Below, piece after piece: positions 44,201 to 57,570 of a stretch of DNA of 64,000 nucleotides. Source of the stretch: Hormiphora californensis (Eukaryota > Animalia > Ctenophora); assembly GCA_020137815.1 (NCBI GenBank), contig CM035356.1, positions 248,001-312,000 of the forward strand. Reading direction: 5' to 3'. The translations under genes and the position numbers were made by a program. Each line of letters begins with the position of its first letter. Within the stretch, counting starts at the first letter, position 1. The notes beneath the pieces were generated by a model, which did no database searches, had not been told where the DNA came from, and worked only from the letters and a program-made list of their open reading frames with translations.

Positions 44201-45519
44201 AGTCCTGCCCAGAGGGCACTAGACCAGCTGATGATGGGGTGACCTGCAAACCCTGCAACACCCAGCACTCCTGTCTAGCTTGTGATGCGGGTAGTGGTGT
44301 GTGTACCAAATGTAAGGATGGGTTCAAACTCCTTGAAAATACATGTCACAGTCCCTGCAAGAGCGGACAATACCTGACAACTGATCTGAAGTGTGAGAAC
44401 TGTGCTGTGGGCTGTACCAGTTGTTCCAGTGCCTCTTCCTACGATTGCTATACCTGTTCTGATGCTACCATCAACAACATTAAACAAGATTACGGGTACA
44501 CTGGTAAGGTATACTGTGGGGACGGTGATGAGAAGACATGCTCTGGAGAGTGTGAGCTGTGTACACAACCCTACAATAACTACTGTGTCAGCTGTGACAA
44601 TGGTAAACACCTAGTGCGGGATGATGACCAGAGAGCGAGGTGTGTGGAGGAGTGTCCACCAGGAACCCACCCTCCTGGGGCTGGCACCGGTATCTCTATC
44701 TGTCAAGAATGTCCCAGTGGGTGTGAGACGTGTGATGGATCCCAGTGCCTCTCTTGTCCAACTGGCATGTTATTAGAGGAGGGTGTTTGTGTGACTGGGT
44801 GTGGTGAGAGTTACTACCCTGATAAGGGACACTGTAAACCTTGTGATGGTGAGTGTAGGACATGTAGTGGACCTGGACCGGCTTGTCTAACGTGTGCCCC
44901 TAACCTCATCTACCAGGAGGGTGCCTGTGTGAGTTCCTGCTCTCGGGGTTACTTTCTCTCTCCATCAGGCACCTGTGAGAGGTGTCACCCGACCTGTACA
45001 GAGTGTAGCGGGGCGGGTGAGAACCAGTGTAGCACCTGTATTCCTGGGTTCACATGGGTGTTGAACTCGTGTCAGAGCACCTGTGAACAGGGGTTGTACC
45101 AGTCTGCTGACCTGAGTGTATGTAAACCATGTCACGTGACATGTCTGAATTGTACACGTGAGGGCAGGGAGCATTGTCTGAGTTGTAAGGAGGGTCACAC
45201 CAAGAACCCTACCACTGGTGACTGCTGGCCTTGTTGTTCCCTGGATATCACCCGGCACTGCTGCTACTGTGATACATCATACCCTCCTGTGTGTGGTGCT
45301 GAGCTGTCAGACATGCCCCAGTCTACACTCCGTCCCCCCAGTCTCCAGGTGGTCCTGGGTGTGGCTGGGTTGTTGGCCCTAGTGGCGGTGATGGGTGTGG
45401 TATTGTGGAGGTGGAGGCAGAAACAGACACCTGTCACCTATACTCTGTTGTCTGATTTTGACGAGGTGAACAATGTGAACAATGCTTACGATTGGCAGGA
45501 TGGTGTCATTATAAGGTGA
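41207..45519 (+). CDS. PCSK5: Proprotein convertase PC5/6-like (membrane form with long Cys-rich furin repeats); several frameshifts in the 5' half
   Basis: Signal peptide/prodomain ending RAKR...RTKR; catalytic [41 protein letters not shown]; P domain; many CxxC furin-like repeats; [22 protein letters not shown]; tail YTLL; one intron ~41970-42166. Confidence 0.85.
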
Positions 45520-46400
45520 TTAATTAGCGTAATTAATTTAATTATGTTTTGATTGCTGTTGATTACTTCTTGTTCCATATTCCAGATAGTTTAGAAATAA
45601 CGAGGTAGCTGCCAGAAGGACTTGATGTGTGAAATTTTGTTACGATATATTATAGAGTTTTTTTGAGAAATAACACATATAAGTAACTTTATTTTTTGCA
45701 ATAGATAACCATAAAACGGTGTTACAACATTCTTATGTTGACCTTACTAGAGAATTACTTGTTAAGGATTCAATGTTTGTTGTGTGTGCGTGATAATAAG
45801 TTTTCTTTGTGACTTCTTTGTTAGTTCTAGAACTAAGTGTACAATAAATTATTAAATTAATTGTTAGATTTTAAAACTAGCGACTAGCTCCTTTCCCCCT
45901 TGAATATCAAAATGTTCCCTTTTTCTTGTGTGAATGAAGGACAAAATGTAGTGTTCGAGATGCTTGAAAATACCATGAGTGTCAATTTTTACCATGTTTT
46001 TAGAAGCTCTAACGAGATTTCGTTCACAAATTAATCTAGAGTTATTTTATTTTGAAACCACAATACATTAACGTGTTTTTATATCGATTCCCTCCGGTAC
46101 CCCAATAAAACACAAGGATTCATTCTATCCTGAATTTTAAAAACACCCTCCGTCCACTTCTTACCCACAGTTATAAATGATGAAAACAGTGCTCCCTCTT
46201 CTGATTGTTGAGTGAGGATAGAGCCTATCCGGAATCACTAAATCTGATTAAATAACTGTTAAACCCATTTAGGGTTCTTAATTAAATACAGGAAATAAAT
46301 GAAACACGTGCGTCGTGCGGCCCCTAGCTCTCAATGCCCGGTATACAGCTGTATCTGCTGATTACTTGACCACCTTATCAGTTAGGCCTCTCTCTTTCTA

Positions 46401-46444
<44 letters not shown>

Positions 46445-46702
46445 TCTCTCTCTCTCTCTCCCTCTCTCTCCCTCTCTCTCCCTCTCTCTCTCTCTCCCTC
46501 TCTCTCCCTCTCAGTTGGTCCCTTCAATAGATAGACTAATAACATCTTACAGCTGTGCCAATCCTGACCACATCTCTTCGTCTAACTCATCACATATATA
46601 CCCATATTTGTACCGACACTGCCCCCTTCTCATCAATACATCATCCTGACCCCTCCCGATATATATCTTTCATCATATTCACTCTCTACAGCTCACAGAA
46701 CC

Positions 46703-48738
46703 ATGGAAAATATGGCAGTGTCGCGGGTGAAACGGGAGTTTAAGGAAGTCGTCAATAGCAAAGAGGTGAGTTTATTTGTTTGTCTGTCGTTTGTTTGTAG
46801 TCTGTTTGTCTACCCATGCAAGTTGCAACTCATCAAATAATGATATGTGTGAACACACAATGTTGAAGGGAAATAACAAGGAATAAAAAGAGAGAGTTAG
46901 AGAGATAGAGAGATAGACTTAAATAGAGAGAAAATGATAGAGTAAGATTAAGAGACTTGTAAAGAGAGAGACAGAAAGAGAGTTAACAGAGAGAATACAG
47001 AATCTTGATCTTAGTATGTTGCACATCCGGTGTTATACAAGGAAGAAGACAGAGTGATGTGTGTGTGTACTAGTGTCTAGTGTACACTGTCTGTCTTTCT
47101 GTTGACTTTTTGCAACACTCAAACTTCTAAAAATAGGATGGCTTCATATTGAGAGCACACCCCACGCTGTGTGGAGATTGTACTGTTCAAACTGGGTCCT
47201 TAGCAAAGCAATAAGTGTGGGAGAGACAGGGAGACAGAGAGAGAGAGACAGGGAGACAGAGAGAGAGATAGGTAAGAGACAGGGAGACAGCCGGAGCAAG
47301 AGATAATGTTCTCTCATCTTTGAAATCCCCTCTGTAGGCTGAAACTGCGGGTGTAAAGCTTGACCTTGAGGACAGTTCATTCCTGAAACTTCGTGGTGAA
47401 ATTAGAGGTCCACCTGATACCCCATTTGATGGTGGGAAATATATTCTTGACATTACCATCCCAGAAACATATCCTTTCAATCCTCCAAAGGTTAGACAAC
47501 AAACTATATCGAACTTAACTTAAAAGCTCATTTTCATGAAATTCATAAATCTACGGATCTCCGATTTTCTTAAAATTTATTTTCAGGTAGTTTTCAAAAC
47601 TAAGATTTGGCATCCAAATATCAGTTCGGTAACGGGAGCTATCTGTCTTGATATCTTGAAGGATCAATGGTAAGTTTATAGATTTGGACAGATAAAATAG
47701 TAAGAGCTTTGGAAGAGTTTTGCGACATGATTGTCCCTAGTGCCCAGTTAAGTGCCCACCTTCTCACACACTTCTCTCACACTTTTAGGGCAGCCGCTAT
47801 GACGCTACGAACAGTCCTTCTTTCCCTACAATCTCTTCTCTGTTCCGCTGAACCTGACGATCCCCAGGATGCAGTGGTAGCCAAACAGGTAACTGTACAT
47901 TGTGACACAATCCGGCTATTAGATCATCGTACCCCCGAATATATTCAATATATTCTGTGCTGGGTGCTTGCAGCAGCTGTAGATGGGGTGGGTATCAGAG
48001 GACGTAGCGCGCGGGGTCTCTTGTTGTATTGGGAGTGAGGGATGACCAGCAACGCAATGCGCGCACCAGTCCATTCGTGTAACCTGCACAATTCGCAGAT
48101 GTAACCAATTACCGATCGGTTACAGCGGTGACTCAGTTACATAATGCTCCTTTCTCTGCAGTATAAGGACGATCAGAAGTGCTACCTGAGGACTGCTAAA
48201 CACTGGGCAGTGTCATATGCAAACGGTAATTCCAAATCTTGGGAGAGAGAGAGAGAGAGTATGTGATTGTTTAGTGTAACTGTTTAATCGCTTCCCGGGA
48301 GGGGGAGGCACTTCCCCTTTCTTCTAACCACTGATAATTATACCCTCCTCTTCCTTTTCTCCGAATCTCAACACATTAGATTCCCCAGGACCCAGCTAGT
48401 ATTCTAACCCATTGAATTCCCCAGGGCCCAGCTTGTATTCTAACCCATTGATATCCCCAGCTGAGTTAGGTTCAGACGATGACCTGTCCGATCTACAGCA
48501 CAAGATACAACAGCTAATGGGAATGGGCTTCACTGAGGTATGTATAGCTGTCACCTCAACACCCCCTCCCATCCCCTTTCAACTGTCTCTGTTTCAAATC
48601 TGTTCCTGCAATTAATTCCCTGATCGCACATTATATGCTGACTGCTCACACCATTATTTCCCACAGCACCAGTCACGAGTAGCTCTGTCATCAAAGAACT
48701 GGAATGTTGAGGCGGCCGTAGAATCTCTGTTTAGCTGA
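46703..48738 (+). CDS. UBE2K: Ubiquitin-conjugating enzyme E2 K (UBC plus UBA), 7 exons
   Basis: [16 protein letters not shown]; [16 protein letters not shown]...[11 protein letters not shown]; [21 protein letters not shown]; [14 protein letters not shown]...[11 protein letters not shown]; [13 protein letters not shown]...[18 protein letters not shown]. Confidence 0.96.
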
Positions 48739-49238
48739 AGACCTGGAGGGACGGACAACAATTGTGAACAACCTACCACACCGAATATATTTGGGCCAGA
48801 CGGGGGACAATCTTTATATGATTACAATTATATAGATCTAGAATCTGTGGCGCAGCGTTTAGTTATGTACCATTATATTGGTGTGTTTTCTATAGAGCCG
48901 ACATAGCTGTGCTTAAGTGTTTGTTTGTATGCATTTTGGATTACATGTTTTTCGAAAACTCCGAAATGGATTTTTGAAATTCCAAGAAAGCAAGTGGTGT
49001 GTTTGTATGGGAGAGACACGTAGGCTAAGTTATAGTTCTTTTTAGAACGTGAAGTATATAAATGGTTGGGCTACTATTGTAATAAAACTTGATTCAAGTT
49101 TGAATAAAATGTGTTGTGTTTTACTTTATTTACCCTGTTTCCCATGTTAATCTCCCACCCCTTTACCCACATCTCCCATTGTAGCGAAGGCAGATTCTGT
49201 GTGTGTTATCCACCCTATAGCAACGAAATACCAGCACT

Positions 49239-49664
49239 ATGTTGCCATGGGCACAGCTTTTCAGAGTCCTGCAGCCCATCATCACCTACCATCGCTATAC
49301 GACACTCCCCCTTCGCCGTAAGTTACCCCTCTCAAAACCCACTAATTGGTCAGTAAAGTTGATTGATCTTCCATTGATCTCTACTACTCGTCTTGGTTTT
49401 GTCCTCTGTACCCTTTATGTATAGTGCTAATCGTCTCTTCCCCTTCCACAGAAGAAAGAATTTGTTGACAAAATGGCTCGTGGTGGGCCTATCCGGTTCC
49501 TTGCCCGATTGGCTGTCCGAGGACGTATGTCTGCCGAGAAAGCCCTGAAAGATAAAGATATGACCGTTCCCCAATTTGGACAAGAATCAAGGACTGTGTT
49601 GCAGAAAGTTGCTAAAGAAGTGTTTAGGGAAGTAAAATCAAGTAGAAAGGGACCAAAAAAGTGA
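49239..49664 (+). CDS. Microprotein 1, NCBP2AS2-like (tentative), 2 exons
   Basis: Exon 49239-49317 (donor gtaagt; needs one indel correction) plus 49452-49664 KKEFVDKMARGGPIRFLARLAVRG...; shares LARLAVRG with the neighbour. Confidence 0.55.
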
Positions 49665-50027
49665 ACGGCTTTGGTGGTTTTTTAGATTTTAGTTTATTGT
49701 ACCGCGTCTGAGATCGAGTTATGAATATGATACTTTGATACATTTTCTACCTTGTAAGACATGTGTTTTTGCCGACAGAGTAAGATAGGGGTACGATAAA
49801 AGTTGTTGTGATACACTGAGCTATGACCAAATCTTCACAATAATTAGTAGTTGCAACATGAAATGATGGCAAGAAAATGAAGAAACGATAACTCTTACTT
49901 CACCTACTACTCTGAGAAGTATTCAGCCCACTACTCCAGTATTTCTAAAAACTACACTTCGAATTCAGATCAACTCAAATCTACTGCCCAAACCCCATCC
50001 CTCAATTGACCCAGAAGCCAAGGTCAC

Positions 50028-50315
50028 ATGTTGGGACCACTACTTCGTATCATAGGAGCCATTGCTAGCTCAGTAGGTGCCTCAGCTGTGGCCAGGAAAC
50101 TAGCTGACCCAAATGTGGTAAATAGAATGAGTAACCTCCCGATAATGCGGATACTGGCTAGACTGGCTGTGCGGGGCAAGCTGGAGATGGAGAAACAGGG
50201 TCGGGAGTTGGGCAAGAAATCGGCACAGGAGGAGATCAAAAAGGAGAGGGGAGAGAAGGTGGTGAAGGCAGCAAGGAGAGTTAGAGAAAGGAATACAAGG
50301 ACTCCAAAGAAATAA
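50028..50315 (+). CDS. Microprotein 2, NCBP2AS2-like (tentative), 95 aa
   Basis: LADPNVVNRMSNLPIMRILARLAVRG resembles the recalled NCBP2AS2 core (PQLVERLSESRPIRRAAQL); basic amphipathic N-terminus; AATAAA ~50339. Confidence 0.6.
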   Translation: MLGPLLRIIGAIASSVGASAVARKLADPNVVNRMSNLPIMRILARLAVRGKLEMEKQGRELGKKSAQEEIKKERGEKVVKAARRVRERNTRTPKK

Positions 50316-51442
50316 CTTTCCAGCAGATACAATCTGATAAATAAATATATGATTTGTTTATATGTGGCCCTTTTTGTAAAGATGTTTCTGTTAATTTTGT
50401 AGTTTTCAACGAAGCTATCCCTGAAGTTTATTCTGCGACGCTTTACCCTAACCTCAATATATCTATAATTTTAGCCTTGTTTTATGACCAAGATGTGGAA
50501 TTCCTACAATGCTATCAGCTCAGCTGCTACTACTAGCTACTGGAAGATGAGTTAGGACGAGTTTTCTGGCTGTAACGGTAATATTAGTAACTTAGTTACT
50601 AGTTAGGGGTTCAGTTTTAGATGTATCACAACTCTTTCTTGGGGGTGTATTAAAAATGCTTAGGCCATAATAGGATAACATAGTATTACATAATCAATAA
50701 AGTTCTATCAGTAAACAAATAAACATTCAATATTATAATTCATGCCGCCTACATGTCAGCGTTGAAGCAAGAAACTTCTAAATCCTGTAACTCTACATCT
50801 CTCATATATATATATATATTTCTCTTTACAATAGACGCGTCTATCTGATTTCAAGTGGTCTAGATTAATAAAACCACCTGAAACCATTGGTAACGAAGTT
50901 ACCCCTCCCTTGCCGGCGCGCAAAGCGCACCAAACGAAGGCCGCGATGCGGCCTGAGTGTGAGGTGTCTTCGATACCAACTGAAACCAGGAGAGCCACAT
51001 ACAGTAAAATACTAATACTCTAATATCTAGAGTTCTAGTTGAACTAAAGAAGATGTATGCTAACAGCTAGGTCAAATTGTCTCAAAATGTTCCTCATTAT
51101 AGGTTTTTAGTGTTCATAATTCATAATAGTATGTTATTGTTTCTCACTTATTCTGCCTTTTACCTCCCAGTATCCGTCACACTCACATAGCAGTCTGATA
51201 GTGAACGCCTCAGGGAACTTTATCGGGAAGTATCTTCATTAAACGACTAAAATCAGGCGTTATATCCGTCTCCACCCGCTCCTTTAAACACGTGGTTTAT
51301 ACCATGGTTACCGTTGTCATGGTTACAGCTGTTTATTACAGTTGTCCGTGGTTACACCTTTCAATGCTCCTTCTCCTCCTCAATACTCAGGTGCTTAACG
51401 CCCGCTGCATATTTAGGTGCATTAGCGGCCTTGTTCGCTTGC

Positions 51443-52029
51443 CTAGGTATTCTGAATGAGCTTTATTCGACTGTTCTGGGTGTATAGACTGGAGGGGCCG
51501 GTACCAGTTGGAGTAGCACCCCCGCTGCTAATACTGGCCCTGGTACCACTGGTACTGATACTCTGCCGGGCTCCTCCTGAAGGATTCGGTATACTAGCAG
51601 AACTGCTGTAGAGATTAACCCGTGTCGTTCCGATATAGGCATTCTTCGAGTAGAAGTCAGTTTTCTCGATGAATGTGCCTTTGAAGGGAGAGAGCATGAA
51701 GGCTCGGAAGGTCCTGTTTGTGTAGAAATAGATGAGGGGGTTTAGGACACAGTGGAGGGAGGATGAGAACTCTCCGTATATGATCATAGCTGGCGTTATT
51801 ACTTCACCATCTGAGAGGAAAGAGGGTTAACAAGAGGCAGCTGTGATGAATAGAATAGAGTGCAGTATCGGTGTCTCAGATAATCAAAGCAGTAAATAAT
51901 GTTCAGCTTTAAAAAGTTTGTTAAAGTTTAAGTCTGCTGACTGTAATTGTCAGAACTCTCCTAATCAGCACCATGAATGGTCTGGTTCATCTTAGTCAAA
52001 CTGATCATATGAGAACTCTATCTAGTCAA

Positions 52030-52118
<89 letters not shown>

Positions 52119-55100
52119 CCTATCTCTCTGAGGGAAGTGTGGATGTGGAGGTGAAGTTAAAAGCAAGTTTGGTGGTGACAGGCTGTTGAGATTGTTGTCT
52201 ACAGCTGAAAAATTCTGACACATCGGTACCGTTTGACCACAGCACAAACTTTTGTGTGAACCGGAACGTGTAAATGGCAAAAAGATTCTCAAAATAAGGG
52301 GGCACACCATGCAAACTCCTAGGGAAGTCATGTCTGGGAGGCATTCGTTCGCTTCACATTACCGCATCATTCAACAATCTCTCTATCGCTTCACATCACA
52401 TGTTGCACGTGCAAACAAGTGCTCCTTCATAAAACCACCTGCTGCGACCACGACGAAAGCAGCCCAATGCCTTATCACGTATTGTCTTGTTTGCATAGAG
52501 AAGGATGAAGGGATTGATGACAGGGTGGAAAGATGTGCTCACCTCACCATACACTATAGCCCATGATGGCACTATCTTCGTGTCTTCTGACAATTGTAAC
52601 ATGAACAATCACGTGTACGTGCAAAATGTGGCGATACAAGCTGTTATCCTAGTCGAGCTGTATGCATTTGATTCTCAACAGTGCGCTCAGATGGGTCGCG
52701 GCGCCAGACAGTAGTCGAGTAAAACCTCAATATAACAATTATATAACTATGTTTGGGAGTTCTAGAAGATCTTGATGCACTGTTGTTACCTGTTGCACTG
52801 GTGATAACAGAAAAGACAAGGAATGGTAGGAAACAGAGGATGAAACTTCCGACAAGGATGCATGTTGTAACGATAGCTTTACTACCCTTGTTCTTCTTCG
52901 CGTTTGTTCCTCTTGTCACGTTCATCTTAGACCTGTGAAATATGTTATATGAGAGTCTGATATTCATTTTGAACATGTGTTGTCATCCATTAGTTGTTCA
53001 CCACCACCAACATGTTAATTAAGACCACCATAAAGCCAGGTAAAGGCCAGCTAAAAGATATATATGATGACATGCCGTATGAGTTCACCCAGACTATTCC
53101 TTACAGCGTGTGTGCCTGGTGTTGAGAGGTGTGCTATTGCTCCGTAAAAGTAGGGCAACTGCCAAGGAAGTGCACCCGGTTAATTGCCCTCCAATTACTA
53201 CCAATTACTAGGTGAACTGCACTGGAGAATAGTTTATGTTGCACCAGCGTTTTCGACACTCGCTTGTAGAAAATGTGAAGAGATACACTGAGAAAAAGAG
53301 ACACATACAGAGACAGAGATACAGAGACAGAGAGACAGAAACAGAGAGATAGAGAGAGAGGTACAGTTTTGTGGAAAGGAATCACGATGAAATCACTAAA
53401 CATTTAGTGCCCTACTGACAGCTTGTACACGCATGCTGTGATGGTTGAAAAACGGGAAAAAACATTACAGAAGAAATGTATGACATTGGTTATTTCAGTG
53501 GATTATTTTCTTGTGTTACTCAAAATAACTTCTAGATGACAAAACCGTTCACTAACTTGTTTCTAACGCTGCTGATGGCGATGTAAAGGATTTTAGAGTA
53601 GATGCCAGAGATCACTATCATGGGGATAAAGATGTATACCAGAGCGGATACAGTTGATGGCTGGATACTTTTCTCTGTAATACCCAAAGATTTCATCCGC
53701 TCCTTGTTGTACTCAAAATCTAGAAAGCGTCGGTTTAGGAAGTGTTTAACAGGTGTGTGTGGCTGGTTGTCATACTACATGTAATGTCTCACACGCCCGT
53801 TCGCTAAGGGCAGTCTTATGTGAGACAAATGGCCGGCCAGTATTTTATGAATACTCATGATCTCCCCCGGGTAATTTACCTGCAATACAGACGGCCCTGA
53901 TAGGATCGTAGTGGTAGGGATCGAAACCAAGGAAGGGTACAACCTGGGGTGCAAAGGCCAGTATCCACACAACCACACATATCACCCTCATCCTTCGTGT
54001 AGTCAGAATCTGGGAAAGTTTAGTATTGTAAGATGGGCCGAGTATAACAGTGTGCCCTATACATTCCGTTCTTCACCTTCTCGCTATGATATTCCCCGTC
54101 CTAACGGACCCTATACCGGCTACCTCCCTCTCTATGTTTCCTAAAATATACGTCATATCTAACCCCCCCCTCTCTCTTTCTTCCAGGACACGTACCTCAT
54201 CAAAGGGATATTTGATAACAATGGCCCGGTGAACGCAGATAGTCGTCATCAACAGTATTGCTGTTATCCGAAGGTACGTCACACATATTGCAACCACCCT
54301 GGGTTATATATTTAGGGTTAGATGGGGATCACATGGGTCCATCATGGCATGGTACAAGGGTGGCTATATAGGGTTGGAGTGCGGGCCTTGCACAACGAGC
54401 AGAGCAATACACAGAACTCTCACCAGCAGAACTCCGCTCCCAGAATCCACTTGTCGACAGCGGTAGATATGGCTGTAGCGGGGAAGGTAATCAAACAGAT
54501 GAGCAGATCACATACCTGCAGAGTGGTATTTTAATTAGTTAACTTCGTTGTATAATCTCGTTAAACACAAACATATTAGAACAATCAGTTTTCTGAGTTT
54601 TAGGAATATATAGGTCTATAGAATTACAGATGTAGAGGTACCGTACCGTTAGATTAAAGATGAATCCTAACATAACATTGTCCAGACCATTCCATTTACG
54701 TTGTAAAGACAGCGCCAGGAGTACAAGTCCGTTACCTAAGGATAGGAATGGGATATTATGGTGTCGTAAGACAAGGAGTGGTATTTCTTAGAATATGTTC
54801 TCGCACGGAGTATTCAAATGATAAGTAAACAATATGTTCTTTATGCAATATGTTGCTTCATCAGTAGGTAATTTTGTCAAAATTAAAGTAGACTCAAATC
54901 TCTTGATTCCAATGATTATGATCTGATTAATTTAGTCGCCAGAGATAATGAGTTAATTTGTCATGAATCTGAATGAATGTGGAGATGGTAATCACTGATC
55001 GTAGTGATTTCATCGTCTTCTACCGTTCTTCATAGGTAGCGCAATTATATAAGGCTGTATAGAAGGCTGGTACAACTGCCGTCTGCCACTGCAGTTCATT

Positions 55101-55270
55101 CTACTATATAGTTCATTCTACTTACCCAGGGCTCCTAGTATGGTGTAGATAAAGAAACCAAAGGACATGAGTCCTATTTCCACTGCAGACCGCCCACTTG
55201 ATACATTTAGAGAGCTCTCCAGGTAGTAGGCAATATCTAACGGTTCACTATAGTTGAATCCTCGTATCAT
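51443..55270 (-). CDS. Rhodopsin-class (class A) orphan GPCR, ~8 exons
   Basis: GCCACCATG at 55270; TM1 ILGAL|GNGLVL, TM2 FNLT|VCDLL, WILGAEFC, TM3 TICVHRA, TM4 VVVWILAF, TM5 IFIPMIVISGIYSKI, TM6 GSFILCFLPF, TM7 HCVLNPLIYFYTNRTFR. Confidence 0.9.
52396..52586 (-). other. Second TM7/helix-8 coding segment inside the last GPCR intron (alternative terminal exon or paralog relic)
   Basis: EDTKIVPSWAIVYGEVSTSFHPVINPFILLYANKTIR aligns with DGEVITPAMIIYGEFSSSLHCVLNPLIYFYTNRTFR; AG at equivalent position, same phase 1. Confidence 0.55.
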
Positions 55271-56029
55271 GGTGGCACCGGCTAGAATAGTTGGGGCCGT
55301 GTTAGCAGAGGAAATATATAATGGTTGTGATAGAAAGCGGTCTAAAAGTAATATGATATAATAGTTTTAATCTGGCTGTATTGTATGTAGGAAGCAATTT
55401 CCACAACTCTAATATCAAATCTAATGAACGACTGAGATATTTTGGAGCAAGAAGGGCGACACTTATAGTTACAGCAATCAATTATAGATGCACACAATAT
55501 GTGTGTACTGGGGGGAGAAACATGCAATGGGAAGTACTACTAATATTTATTACACATGCTAGACTATTTACTAATATTAGTAATATTATTTCCTAGTGGG
55601 AATTATCGTGATTAAAGGGACGATTCCCATAGCTAATCTCTAGTTATTTAACAGCTCTAAAGTTTAAACAGCTACACACATATTATGGCTTAGAGTTAGG
55701 CTTCTTTTGAAGCTATTTTGGCTGCATGTATATTAAAAACACACTGAAGAGAGACGTATTCAGGGAGACTTCATTTAAAGTCGTCTAGAGCGCTATATTG
55801 TTATGCTAATATAAAGCACAGACACTCAAACAAAGAGCCTCATACAGAAACACGGCGATCATTTAAACGAATTGTTTCTCACTTTCTCAGGATTATCTGT
55901 CTGCATGGGAACTAATCATGTTTCTACATAGTGTCTGATAATACAAGTACACCAGGTCCCCGATTTAATGATATAACAGTGTAACGGGGTGGATAGATCA
56001 TTGGGAATCTGTTATACCAAGATCTTTCC

Positions 56030-57570
56030 ACCGATAGGTTTGGAGACAATGAGTCCACATAGAGCATGTACAGTTGGGAGGTGTTAGTTAGAAACTAAAT
56101 TAAGAGAGAGGGGGAGGGAGGGAGAACTTTTTAGCAAATGAAGGGGCTGAGTTATAAGCGTTATAGAGCATGTGTGTAATGTGTATAATTGCCATTTATA
56201 TTCGGTAAAGGAGAAGGTCATTGGTGACGACTATAGCTTGGCCAATAAAACTACTATTAGTGAATAAAATGGAGATTAGTGCATTGAATAACATTAATAT
56301 AAACCATAGCATTGAATAATATTAATATAAGCTTGCCTTGCTCTACCCTGTCTCACCGCGAAAAGGGTGGAAGGGGGAAGTGTTTTCCCCGGTAAATCAG
56401 GGTACCCGGTATATCAGGGTATTGGAGGAATTTTATTCTCCCGGTAAATCGGGGTCCAGTAAATCGGGGTCCGGTAACAAACCAACATCATCACTCTCTA
56501 CCAACAAACAAGCCTCCACAAAAACCTGATCAACAAACAGAACAAACCACTATCCCATGCTACAAAACAAATTTCTATGAGTGACGCACATAGATACCTA
56601 ACCCACTAAACATTTCACACGCCAGAGTTCCGTTAATTGGGAAGGAACCTGCCCTAACTACCCCATGAACGGCCGGACGCTGCATCTGCATCACGAACAA
56701 AAAGTGATGTTCCATGAACCCACATGGAGTACTGATTACAAATCAGAGGTTGGCAGCGCAAAATCTACAAAGGTGCCATAGTCAATGGAGCGTCCGAATT
56801 GTCCTAGCCAAGGCCACATCTAAAGCGATCAATGCTGAGATGCCACTCACCAAGGGTCGCTGGAGATATCCGAGACTGGCACAATGTGAAAACAGTGCTG
56901 GTGCGGTCCTCTTCATGGGACCTGTTAAGATAGTTATGGGAGACGATTCCACCCTTATCTCCAAAACCATGGACATAAGACGGAGGAAGAAAACTCTCCC
57001 GGGGGAAAGAGGAAACTCTGGAACCTGAGCTCCGTCCTTCTCGGGCGTGAGGAACTGGCTGCCGGACGGGATAAAATCACAAGTAGAGGATTGGAAGCGG
57101 AGGCGCATACAACAACAACAACAACAACCGATAGGTTTGGAGACAATGAGTCCACATAGAGCATGTACAGTTGGGAGGTGTTAGTTAGAAACTAAATTAA
57201 GAGAGAGGGGGAGGGAGGGAGAACTTTTTAGCAAATGAAGGGGCTGAGTTATAAGCGTTATAGAGCATGTGTGTAATGTGTATAATTGCCATTTATATTC
57301 GGTAAAGGAGAAGGTCATTGGTGACGACTATAGCTTGGCCAATAAAACTACTATTAGTGAATAAAATGGAGATTAGTGCATTGAATAACATTAATATAAA
57401 CCATCACATTGAATAATATTAATATAGGCTTGCCTTGCTCTACCCTGTCTCACCGCGAAAAGGGTGGAAGGGGGAAGTGTTTTCCCCGGTAAATCAGGGT
57501 ACCCGATATATCAGGGTATTGGAGGAATTTTATTCTCCCGGTAAATCGGGGTCCGTTAAATTGGGGTCCG
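56030..57570 (+). mobile_element. 5'-truncated non-LTR retroelement-like insert (56474-57126, (CAA)n tail) flanked by 444-bp direct repeats
   Basis: 56030-56473 and 57127-57570 nearly identical; insert is A/C-rich and ends GCATACAACAACAACAACAACA immediately before the second copy. Confidence 0.6.

Noticed and set aside
50913-50990. GC-rich stem-loops as tRNA/ncRNA
   Set aside because: No cloverleaf or A/B boxes; probably a repeat remnant
51443-55270. GPCR as an opsin
   Set aside because: The position six residues before the NP asparagine is Ser, not the retinal-binding Lys, in both TM7 segments
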